A stretch of DNA of 54,626 nt, from contig JBGGMJ010000134.1 in NCBI GenBank assembly GCA_041288095.1, positions 1-54,626 on the forward strand, given 5' to 3'. A model generated the notes under the pieces. It ran no database searches. It saw only the letters and a list, made by a program, of their open reading frames with translations, and was not told where the DNA came from. Position numbers and translations under genes: made by a program. Positions 26,720 to 34,944 of this stretch are shown one piece after another; position 1 is the stretch's first letter; the number at the start of each line of letters is the position of its first letter. The stretch is from Myxococcota bacterium (GTDB lineage: Bacteria; Myxococcota; XYA12-FULL-58-9; JALHOP01).

Positions 26720-28390
26720 ATGGTTCGTCTCGCCACTGCCGTCAATCGCGGCCGGTTGCCATTTTTGCTCGTCATCATGGCTGCTTGCGCGTCCAAGGAC
26801 ACAACACCGGCGGCGCCCGAGGCCGTCCCGCCGTACCTCACGGTTTTTCTCGTCGACGGGTTGGTCCAGGACGTCTTCGCTCGTGAGCTCGCCGCCGGCC
26901 GCCTCCCGAACATCGACACCATGGTGCGCGAGGGAACGGTCATCGAAAACGGCATCTCCAGCTTCCCAAGCATGACGGCTTACGGGTTCTACCCATTCAT
27001 CACGGGGGAGGACGCCGCCGCGAGCGGCGTTCTCGGGCTGCGCTGGCTCGACCGCGGCCGGGGGACGGGCATCTTCCGCAACTACGTGGGCCGCACGTAC
27101 AAGCTGATGAATGAGGACCTCAAGGCCGAGCCACGCACCATCTTCGAGGTCGCCGGCAGCCTGACGCAGACCTTCCAGAGCTACATGAATCGCGGCGCCA
27201 CCGAGCGGCCGATGGCGGGGATACGTTTTTCGCTGGCCAAGTATCGCGACGCTTGGTGGCTCGGCCGCCTGTTGTCCGGTCTGGGCCCGTCCGTGTCGCC
27301 CACCTTCGCCGACGTCGAAGGCGAGCTCGTCGATACCGCGATCGCCGCGCTCGAGAGGAAGCCCAAGGTTCAGTGGATCACCTTCACGTCACCGGATGGC
27401 TATGCGCACGTCCATGGCCTGGGCGACGCTTACGCCGACCGCTTGCACGAGGTCGACGCGCTCATCGGCCGCTATCGCGAGGCGAGTCGCAAGCTCGGCC
27501 TGGAGGAAGACCGGGTCTATGCCGTCCTGACCGACCACGGCATGGCGCAGATCAACGTCAATCTCGATCTCAGCACCGCTATGGCGGAGACCTTGGGCCT
27601 CGCGATGTTCCGCGGCGACGCCACCGAAGTGTGGAGCACCTCGCTCGACACGACGCTCGCGGATTTCGCGGAGGTCGACGGTGTCATCGGCACCAACGGC
27701 AACACCATGTGCCACCTGTATCTGCGGCGCGACGGTGACGGCTTCGCGCGGCCGTTCATGGCCGGCGAGCTCCGCTCGTATGCTCCACCTACCGCGACCG
27801 CGCGCGGCATGGCGGACAAGACCGTGGATGTCATCGAAGGGCTGCGCCGCCTGCACGGCATCGAGCTGGTGGTGGCGCGCGGGATCCCAGGCACCATCGA
27901 GCTCTTCACCGCGGAAGGCGAGGGGAGCATCCGCATCGGCAGCGACGACAGCTACGCCTATGCGGCGCGTGGCATCGACCCGCTCGGTTACGCTGGCGAG
28001 CCTTCTACGTCCGCTTTGATGGACGGACAGGCGCACTCCGCGGCGCACTGGCTCGCCGCGTCGCTCGCGGGCAACTTTCCCGACGCATTGCACAGGCTCG
28101 GGACCCTGTTCGCCGATGTCAACGCGGGCGACATCGTGGTCACCTCCATTCCCGGCTACGACTTGGTCTCCGACTACGAGATGGTGGTGGGCGCCTACCG
28201 CGGGGGACACGGGGGCCTGCGGGCCGATCAGCTCCGCGTCCCTTGGGTGCTTGCCGGCAGCGGTGTGCGCAAGCGCGGACATGTCGAGGCGGCGCGCGCC
28301 GAGGACGTTGGTGTCACGCTTCGCCTCTTGACCGGACTACCGGTCGAACCCAACGTTCATGGCAGGGCCATCGACGGCGTTCTCCGCTGA
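26720..28390 (+). CDS. Alkaline phosphatase superfamily (nucleotide pyrophosphatase/phosphodiesterase) lipoprotein
   Basis: FLVDGL, FPSMT, DGYAHVHG, LTDHGM, GGHGG; lipobox MAAC. Start uncertain. Confidence 0.85.
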   Translation: MVRLATAVNRGRLPFLLVIMAACASKDTTPAAPEAVPPYLTVFLVDGLVQDVFARELAAGRLPNIDTMVREGTVIENGISSFPSMTAYGFYPFITGEDAAASGVLGLRWLDRGRGTGIFRNYVGRTYKLMNEDLKAEPRTIFEVAGSLTQTFQSYMNRGATERPMAGIRFSLAKYRDAWWLGRLLSGLGPSVSPTFADVEGELVDTAIAALERKPKVQWITFTSPDGYAHVHGLGDAYADRLHEVDALIGRYREASRKLGLEEDRVYAVLTDHGMAQINVNLDLSTAMAETLGLAMFRGDATEVWSTSLDTTLADFAEVDGVIGTNGNTMCHLYLRRDGDGFARPFMAGELRSYAPPTATARGMADKTVDVIEGLRRLHGIELVVARGIPGTIELFTAEGEGSIRIGSDDSYAYAARGIDPLGYAGEPSTSALMDGQAHSAAHWLAASLAGNFPDALHRLGTLFADVNAGDIVVTSIPGYDLVSDYEMVVGAYRGGHGGLRADQLRVPWVLAGSGVRKRGHVEAARAEDVGVTLRLLTGLPVEPNVHGRAIDGVLR

Positions 28391-28460
28391 AGCGGTTTGC
28401 CTCCCCGGTTCCGGCGTGCGATGGCCCGACATACCCCCATGAAATAAGGAGCATCCCCCG

Positions 28461-28841
28461 ATGCGTTGGCTCACTATCGCGCTCTTCGCGCTCGCCGCTT
28501 GTCATAACAACAGCGATCCCAAGGCGGGCACCGCCCACCTCGACGATGTTCGGTCGAGCCTGCGGCAACTCGGCAAGGACATCAGCAAGGTCACGGCGTC
28601 CATCGCCGACAGCAAGACCTCCGAGGACCCCAGCACCTTCCGCGGGCGCGTCGAGGCCGAGAACAAGCGCCTCCACGAGCGTTTCGAAGGTCTGCGCGAG
28701 CGGACGCGCAAGGCGGTCGAGACCGACAAGGACAAGGCGAACCGCGAAGAGATCGAGCAACTCCAGAAGGAGCTCGACGAGACGCAGAAAGAGCTCGACG
28801 CGATGGACGCCAAGATGAAGGCCGAAGCGCCGTCCGCGTGA
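28461..28841 (+). CDS. Small coiled-coil lipoprotein
   Basis: MRWLTIALFALAAC lipobox, AAGGAG RBS, heptad-rich C-terminus. Confidence 0.8.
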   Translation: MRWLTIALFALAACHNNSDPKAGTAHLDDVRSSLRQLGKDISKVTASIADSKTSEDPSTFRGRVEAENKRLHERFEGLRERTRKAVETDKDKANREEIEQLQKELDETQKELDAMDAKMKAEAPSA

Positions 28842-28845
28842 AGCT

Positions 28846-29397
28846 CTAGTCGTCGTCGTCCGAGCGCTTGAAGTCGAGCACGCGGACGCCGACGCGCGCG
28901 CCTTGCTGGCGGGCGAAGACGCGAACGTCGTTGATGAGGGCAAGGTGCCGCGACTCAGGGCCGCCGAGCACGAAGAAGATCGTCGCTTCGCCGCGGTCGC
29001 TCCTCAGGTGCTCGGTGAGCCAGGCGCGGGCGACCGTGGCATTCAGCCGCTCGGCGTCCTCGAAGAGAGCGACGCCTCGCGGGCCGGTGTTTGTCCGCGA
29101 TAGCGTTGGCCAGGTGGCGCGGTCCAAGGTGACGTCGTGAGCTCCCGAGCCCTTCTCGAAGTGGGTGCCGGTGGCAAGGTGCGCGAAGACCTCGGCGACG
29201 ATGCGTGCTTCCGGGCCCGCGTCGACCATGAAGACGAGGTCGACCGCGGGCAGTGATTTGTTGCCAAGCTGGTCGAGCATCGCGACCGCGCCCGTCCTCG
29301 CGAGCGGACAGTTCTCGAGGGCGTGCTGGAAGACCGCCACATATTGACGCCGCGCCGCTTCGGGGCTGACCTTGAGGGTCTTCTCGTTGATGAACAT
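28846..29397 (-). CDS. Hypothetical protein
   Basis: 183-aa ORF filling the gap between genes with normal composition. Confidence 0.65.
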   Translation of the reverse strand: MFINEKTLKVSPEAARRQYVAVFQHALENCPLARTGAVAMLDQLGNKSLPAVDLVFMVDAGPEARIVAEVFAHLATGTHFEKGSGAHDVTLDRATWPTLSRTNTGPRGVALFEDAERLNATVARAWLTEHLRSDRGEATIFFVLGGPESRHLALINDVRVFARQQGARVGVRVLDFKRSDDDD

Positions 29398-29463
29398 CGA
29401 AAACGAGTATCCGCTTTCGACGACACACCCGGCAACCGAAATCGGGCCGAGCCTCGAGGCGTC

Positions 29464-30783
29464 CTAACGGCGCACGTCGAACGCGTGTCCCGTGAAGAAC
29501 ACGCCGTGCGCCGAGTCCCAGTACTGACCGCGCGGCGTGTCGTCGGCGTTCGCCGGTCGTACCGCGAAGCGCGCATCGGTGGCCAAACGAGCGCTGGCGT
29601 CGGGGAAGCCGATCGCCAGCTGCCAGCGACCGGCGGCGAGGTCCGAGGGCACCGCCATGCCGGCGCGCGCGTTGGTGTCGCGACCCGGCATCCAGTCACG
29701 CATGGGCACGTCGAGGACGAGCGGCAAGGTGCGTCGCTCACCGGTGGCCGTGTTGTGCAAGTGCGCGACGGCGCCACGCTCGTTGTACATGCGTGCCCAG
29801 CCTTCGTTGGTGACGCGCAAGCCGATGCCCGCGGTGGAGCCGGGGACGAGTGACGCTGGCGCGTCGACCTCGTCGATGCGCATGCGATAGCCCATGCGCG
29901 ACGCTACCTCTGGAAAGCAGCCCTCGCGGCGCCAGTTCTCGTGGAACGCCGTGTTGTAGGTGCGATTGAGATAGGTGAGGTGAAAGCGGCGTCCCTCCGA
30001 GCGCACGGCGTCACACGAGAGTCGCGGCACCGGCCGCGCGTCATCGTCGGGGTTGCAGGTTTCGCCCCCGAACGGCGCCACGGCGCTGCGGGCCGCGATG
30101 GCGGAGCGCTGCCTTTCGCGTTCGCGGGTATCTTCGGAGTAGGTGCCGACGTCGGTCGGGCTCGACATGAAGCAGTCGTTATGGGCGCCAACGCGGCCGT
30201 CGCGATCCGTGGCGCCATGCCGCTCGACGTCTCGGGGGTAACGAAACTGCACGGCGCCGGGGACGTTCGCGAGAAGTGACTGGCCAATGCGCGCGCGCCA
30301 GGCAGGCGCGTCGAGACCATGGCTGCTCGAATGCCACTCGCCCCAGGCGCCGATGAAGCCGGCCTGGGTGAAGGCGACGGTGTCCCGGTTGCGTTCGAGC
30401 ACTGGGGCGAGCTGGCTGATGTGCTCGAGGACGCGTTCGCCGGGGGCATCGCGAGCACCGCCGTAGCCGGATTCTCCCTGCGGCTGATTGTAACTGGCGC
30501 GGATGACGGCCTTGAGCCCGGCGCGGCGCACTTCGGCGAGGCCCGCCTCGATGGCCTGCAGCGTCGAGGGCGGGATGGGCGCGTCGCGAAAGCGGTCGAG
30601 GCGAATGTGCGTCAGCACCAGTCTGTCGCCGCTGGCGTGGATGCGCCGGAGCTCGTTGCGCAAATCACTGGGGCTCGCGGCGAGGTTCTCGACGTCGCGA
30701 TAGAAGCCACGCTCCGGGTTGCTCTGCGCAACCTCGGGCCCTGCGCCTCGCAGGCGCACGACTGAGCGAGCGCCATCCGCCAT
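29464..30783 (-). CDS. DUF4874/DUF4832 putative glycoside hydrolase
   Basis: NPERGFY, AGLKAVIR, QAGFIGAWGEWH, HNDCF, GGETC, MGYR, NEGWA; no signal peptide. Confidence 0.85.
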   Translation of the reverse strand: MADGARSVVRLRGAGPEVAQSNPERGFYRDVENLAASPSDLRNELRRIHASGDRLVLTHIRLDRFRDAPIPPSTLQAIEAGLAEVRRAGLKAVIRASYNQPQGESGYGGARDAPGERVLEHISQLAPVLERNRDTVAFTQAGFIGAWGEWHSSSHGLDAPAWRARIGQSLLANVPGAVQFRYPRDVERHGATDRDGRVGAHNDCFMSSPTDVGTYSEDTRERERQRSAIAARSAVAPFGGETCNPDDDARPVPRLSCDAVRSEGRRFHLTYLNRTYNTAFHENWRREGCFPEVASRMGYRMRIDEVDAPASLVPGSTAGIGLRVTNEGWARMYNERGAVAHLHNTATGERRTLPLVLDVPMRDWMPGRDTNARAGMAVPSDLAAGRWQLAIGFPDASARLATDARFAVRPANADDTPRGQYWDSAHGVFFTGHAFDVRR

Positions 30784-30847
30784 TTGACTACATACACATA
30801 CCCCCGGCGAGCTGGCTTATCTCCCGGGGGTTTATGGATGTGCTTAT

Positions 30848-31273
30848 TTAGTCGAGCTGCTGCTGGATCTCTTCGAGCTTCGCTTGGGTGAGGTCCTTGG
30901 CGAGCGATTGCGTGACGCACTTGGCGAGGGGCGCGGAGAGCTGATCGCGCAGCAGACCCAAGAAGGCCGGTGGCGCGACGAGCACGAGCTGGTCGAAACG
31001 GTTTCCGGTGCGGCCCTCTTCGAGCCTGCGCGCGAGCTCACGAGCGAAGTTCTCTTGCTCGTGGTTCTTGGGCACCGAGTCGGAGCCGACCCCGTGGCGG
31101 GCTCCGCCGACACTCGCGAACGCCGTGGTCGTCCCATCGGTGACCAAGTCACGCGCCTTGGCGCGGCCAGCGGGGTGCTCGAGCGTCTGCATTTCGACCA
31201 ACTTCGCGCGTGCTTTCTTGGCGCAGATGCGTGCCCGGCTGCCGTCCGCGATGACCACCCATGTACCCTGCAT
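30848..31273 (-). CDS. Host attachment family protein (baeRF/AtsE-like)
   Basis: TWVVIADGSRARI, LVLVAPPAFLGLLR, KDLT; GGAGG RBS. Confidence 0.9.
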   Translation of the reverse strand: MQGTWVVIADGSRARICAKKARAKLVEMQTLEHPAGRAKARDLVTDGTTTAFASVGGARHGVGSDSVPKNHEQENFARELARRLEEGRTGNRFDQLVLVAPPAFLGLLRDQLSAPLAKCVTQSLAKDLTQAKLEEIQQQLD

Positions 31274-31493
31274 TCAAACCCTCCAGGTTGTCGTTGCCAG
31301 CAAGGTATACATCGTTCGGATCGAACGCCGCCTCTCCGTTTGGGGGGCGCGAGTGGTGGGTGCCGTCCCCCTACTGTGGGTGTGGGCCCACACAATCCTG
31401 GCTAACAATTTCGATGCTCATGGGTCAGCCTCGTGCAATCGCGGATCTTCCGTAAGTCCAGGCGCGGTGCGGGGATTGCATACAGCTGAGGCT

Positions 31494-32810
31494 GTGCGGT
31501 CGCACCTCCTCAACGTCCTCGGGCTGCTCGGCATGGCTGCCTGCGGCAACGAGATCATGGCCCCCGGTCTTTACGACCGGCGTGTGACCATCGCCGATGA
31601 TGGTGACCGCGATGGCGGTGACTCGGGACCTTCGGGTGGTGACCCCGCGCCGGGAGACACCAGCCCGCCGACTCCCATCGTCACCGCGCTCGTCGCCGCG
31701 AGCGCCGTCACCCAGTCCGCTTTCGCGGGCGCCGAGGTCGACGACGCGCCGGCGGTCTTCGTGCGCGATCAGTTCGGTAATCCCATGGCGGGTCAAGCGG
31801 TGCACTTCACGCTCGAGGCCGGCGGTGGCGTGCTCGACCCGGCGTTCGTGACCACGGACGCCCAAGGCAGGGCGACCGTCACCACGTGGGCTCTGGGTAA
31901 GCGCGTCGCCCCGAATCAGGTGCGGGCGCGCCTCGACTCAGCGCCCGCCATCGCCCCGGTCACCTTCGATGCGACCATCCTTACCGACTACACGATCACC
32001 GTGCGTTTCTTGACCTCGGTCACGACCTCGCAGCGTGCCGCCTTCGAAAACGCCGCGGCGCGCTGGTCGGCCGTCATCGTCGGCGACCTCGAGAATTTTC
32101 AGATCAGCCGCTCGCAGCTACCATTTGGTTGCGCGCGCGACACCGCCGACACGACGCTCATCAGCGTCGACGACACGATCATCTTCGCGAGCGTGCAGCC
32201 GATCGATGGGCAAGGCGGCATCCTCGCGCAAGCCGCGCCCTGCGCGCAGCACGACTTGGGCGGCATCGCTGTCGGCGTCATGTCGTTCGACAGCGACGAC
32301 CTCGAGTTCCTCGAGAGCAACAACGTCCTCGAAGGCACGATCCTGCACGAGATGGGACACGTCGTCGGTATCGGTTCGTTGTGGGCCATCAACGGGCTCG
32401 TGATCTCGCCGTCCATCGGCTCGCCCGGCGCCAACACCCGCTTCACGGGGGATGACGCCGCGCAGGCCTTCGTCGACATCGGCGGGACCGGCTTTACCGG
32501 CACGGTGCCGGTCGAGAACAACGGCGTCGCTGGGTCCGCGGATGCGCACTGGCGCGAGTCCATCTTCAGCAACGAGCTCATGAGCCCGGCGATCAGCGGC
32601 ATGGAGCCGAGCCTGCCTATGTCCGCCGTCACGGTTGCGTCCCTCCGCGACATCGGCGGCTACGAGATCAACGATCTGGCGGCCGACACCTTCGCAATCG
32701 TTCAAGCCCTGACAGCCGCGGGCCCGCAGCCTCCGCCGCTCGGCGAGTGCCATGTCGTGAGCCCGAGCGAAGAGCACCCGCTGGGCGGCGGACTGGTCGA
32801 GTTGCGTTAG
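31494..32810 (+). CDS. Leishmanolysin-like (M8) zinc metallopeptidase lipoprotein with Ig-like domain
   Basis: Lipobox MAAC; VRDQFGNP..TTDAQGRA (Big_1-like); HEMGH; GSADAHWRE; ELM; ASLRDIG. Confidence 0.88.
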   Translation: MRSHLLNVLGLLGMAACGNEIMAPGLYDRRVTIADDGDRDGGDSGPSGGDPAPGDTSPPTPIVTALVAASAVTQSAFAGAEVDDAPAVFVRDQFGNPMAGQAVHFTLEAGGGVLDPAFVTTDAQGRATVTTWALGKRVAPNQVRARLDSAPAIAPVTFDATILTDYTITVRFLTSVTTSQRAAFENAAARWSAVIVGDLENFQISRSQLPFGCARDTADTTLISVDDTIIFASVQPIDGQGGILAQAAPCAQHDLGGIAVGVMSFDSDDLEFLESNNVLEGTILHEMGHVVGIGSLWAINGLVISPSIGSPGANTRFTGDDAAQAFVDIGGTGFTGTVPVENNGVAGSADAHWRESIFSNELMSPAISGMEPSLPMSAVTVASLRDIGGYEINDLAADTFAIVQALTAAGPQPPPLGECHVVSPSEEHPLGGGLVELR

Positions 32811-32828
32811 GAATCGCCGAGCCCGCGC

Positions 32829-32900
32829 CCCGATACTGGCAACGTGTCAGGGGGTGACGCCGATACGTTGGCCAAGTGATCGCAATCACTTCGTCGATAC
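32829..32900 (+). promoter_or_regulatory. Three tandem sigma-28-like -10 boxes
   Basis: CCCGATAC 32829-32836; GCAA(32839)-N16-GCCGATAC 32859-32866; GTCGATAC 32893-32900, 12 nt before ATG 32913. Confidence 0.65.
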
Positions 32901-32912
32901 AGGGCCAGAGGA

Positions 32913-33488
32913 ATGGACCGCGTACCCCTAGCTGATCGCATCGCTACCGTGGCGCCTCTGTCGCCTCGTGAGACCTCGCCGCTCGCGGGTCGCGCAAGCA
33001 AGCTCGGAGCCGAGGAGCTCATCGTTCTGGCGGGTGAAAAGGAGGGCGTCGAGGCGGTGCAAGCGGCGGCCAAGTCCGCGCAGGAGCGCGTCGCCAAGGT
33101 TGGCGAGCCCGTGATCGCCGATGCCAAGCTGGCGACCGGCCAGGTCGGAGCGATGGCCACCATCCTTCGTGTCGGCCACTTCTACGACCAGGCGACCATC
33201 AACGACGTCCGCGGCTTCCACGGGAGCGAGCACGCCCGGGTCGACGAGGCGGGTCGCGGCGCCTTGGCGCGTGCCGCGAGGATCTTCGTGCAAGCCACGC
33301 GCACCTTTCTGCGCATCGTTGGCGGCACCTTCTTTCCCGGCGTCGTGCGCGCCGGGACCGACGCGGCAATGGCCCAGCGTCCAGCCTATGAGACGGTCGA
33401 AGCGGGCATCAACGCCGCGACCGGCGATCTCGCGAAATCTGTCGAACAGGTCCCCAAGGCGCCGACCGTGCAAGGCGGGGGCAATTGA
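32913..33488 (+). CDS. Hypothetical helical protein (operon gene 1 of 3)
   Basis: 191-aa Ala-rich ORF, GAGGA RBS, no signal peptide; stop overlaps the next start. Confidence 0.7.
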   Translation: MDRVPLADRIATVAPLSPRETSPLAGRASKLGAEELIVLAGEKEGVEAVQAAAKSAQERVAKVGEPVIADAKLATGQVGAMATILRVGHFYDQATINDVRGFHGSEHARVDEAGRGALARAARIFVQATRTFLRIVGGTFFPGVVRAGTDAAMAQRPAYETVEAGINAATGDLAKSVEQVPKAPTVQGGGN

Positions 33489-34537
33489 TGTTGGCTGTGA
33501 CCCACGAAGTGCTGCCGGTGCAGCCCCCCAAGGTGAGCTCGCAGGCCGATGCCGTGGCGAGCGGACAGCGCATCGCCGCCGACGCGCAGCGCAAGGCCGC
33601 GAAGATCTTGAGCCACGTGGTCACTGTCGCCGAGCAGCAGACCGCGAAAGTCCAACGCATCGATCGCCTGTGGGTACCGAAGAGCCAGCGCAACACGCCG
33701 GTGCGCGAGCCGGTGGCCGTACCTGGACCGCGGCGCTTGCCAACCTATGCCGACCTGCGGGCCAAGCTACGCGACTTGAACGATCATGGTTGGCGGGCCT
33801 CGTACAGCGAAGCCCGCGTCAACTGCGCCCTCGGCAAGCTCGACTCCACGGTGAAACGCGCCCAAGCGGAAGTCGAAGAGGTGATCGCGCAGGCGTCGCG
33901 TGAGCTGCTCGCCTTGTCGTGTCTCTACGGCGACGACTCCCCGATGTGGCAAGGCGTTTACACCGCCATCCTGGTGAACGGGCCGCGCGGCTTGCAGTTC
34001 GATCTCACCTGCGAAGCGGCGCGCAAGATGGTCAAGGAGCGCGGCGCCGACCAGCCGACCGGCAGCTATCGCGGTGACGACGGCAAAGAGCACGCCGTCC
34101 CCAACGTGCCGCGCGCCATGACCCAAAGTCTGAACGCGGCCGTCGATGCGAGCTCTTCGATAGCGGACAGCATGCGCAAGCTCACGAACCGGGCGCATCG
34201 CATCGCCTTCTTGTCGTGGATCGGTCACGGCATTGCCTTCTGGCGCGACCGCAACGCCGAGCCGACCCGGGCGCTGGCGTGCTACGCCAAGGCCGAGAAG
34301 CAGGCCTTCGCGTCGGTGAACGCGGCGCTCGCGGGAGCGACGCGGGCCGTCGCCGCCTGGCAAGGCTTGTACCCAGCGGCCAGCGACTTCTTCATTGGCG
34401 CGCTCGACGCCGTGCACCCCAACAAGACCATGTACGAAAGCTTCAAGGAGAGCGCCAAGGCGCCGAAGGCGCTGGTTCGCAATCGCGGTGACCGCGCGCT
34501 CGCCGATGCGAGTGCCCCCGGAGAGGTCGTCGGGTGA
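33488..34537 (+). CDS. Hypothetical helical protein (operon gene 2 of 3)
   Basis: About 350 aa; TGATG coupling; hydrophobic patch IAFLSWIGHGIAFW. Confidence 0.72.
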   Translation: MLAVTHEVLPVQPPKVSSQADAVASGQRIAADAQRKAAKILSHVVTVAEQQTAKVQRIDRLWVPKSQRNTPVREPVAVPGPRRLPTYADLRAKLRDLNDHGWRASYSEARVNCALGKLDSTVKRAQAEVEEVIAQASRELLALSCLYGDDSPMWQGVYTAILVNGPRGLQFDLTCEAARKMVKERGADQPTGSYRGDDGKEHAVPNVPRAMTQSLNAAVDASSSIADSMRKLTNRAHRIAFLSWIGHGIAFWRDRNAEPTRALACYAKAEKQAFASVNAALAGATRAVAAWQGLYPAASDFFIGALDAVHPNKTMYESFKESAKAPKALVRNRGDRALADASAPGEVVG

Positions 34538-34944
34538 TGGTGAGCTCGGTAAAGAAACGCACTCCAGGGGAAGCCGCCGCGGCGGTCGCCCGCGAGCAGG
34601 GCACGGCGCACCGAGGGGTCGCCAAGCGCGCCCGTGCCAAGGCCGGCACCGTCGAGCAAGAGTACGAGCAGCGCGTCGAGCGCGCCGTGCGCCGGGTGAA
34701 GAAGCCCGAGACCGTTGGTGGATTGAAGGCCGCGTTCTTGAAGATCCGCGAGCTGGTGCGCGGTGACGCTAGCGCCGCCGATGCCGCGCTCGAAGGCGTG
34801 CGCGTCGCCATCGATTGCGGCAAGCGCCTGGGCGCCCTCGACGGCGAGGCCGCTCACGCGGACACTTCCGCTCAGAAGCTCGAGGGCTTCGCGGACAAGC
34901 TCGAGAAGCAAGAGCCGCTGCCGCCGCACGTCGGCCGCCGCTAG
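34537..34944 (+). CDS. Hypothetical helical protein (operon gene 3 of 3)
   Basis: About 135 aa; TGATG coupling. Confidence 0.65.
   Translation: MVSSVKKRTPGEAAAAVAREQGTAHRGVAKRARAKAGTVEQEYEQRVERAVRRVKKPETVGGLKAAFLKIRELVRGDASAADAALEGVRVAIDCGKRLGALDGEAAHADTSAQKLEGFADKLEKQEPLPPHVGRR

Noticed and set aside
29407..29414. GCGGATAC 9 nt upstream of the 29397 gene
   Set aside because: One mismatch in the core and no matching -35.
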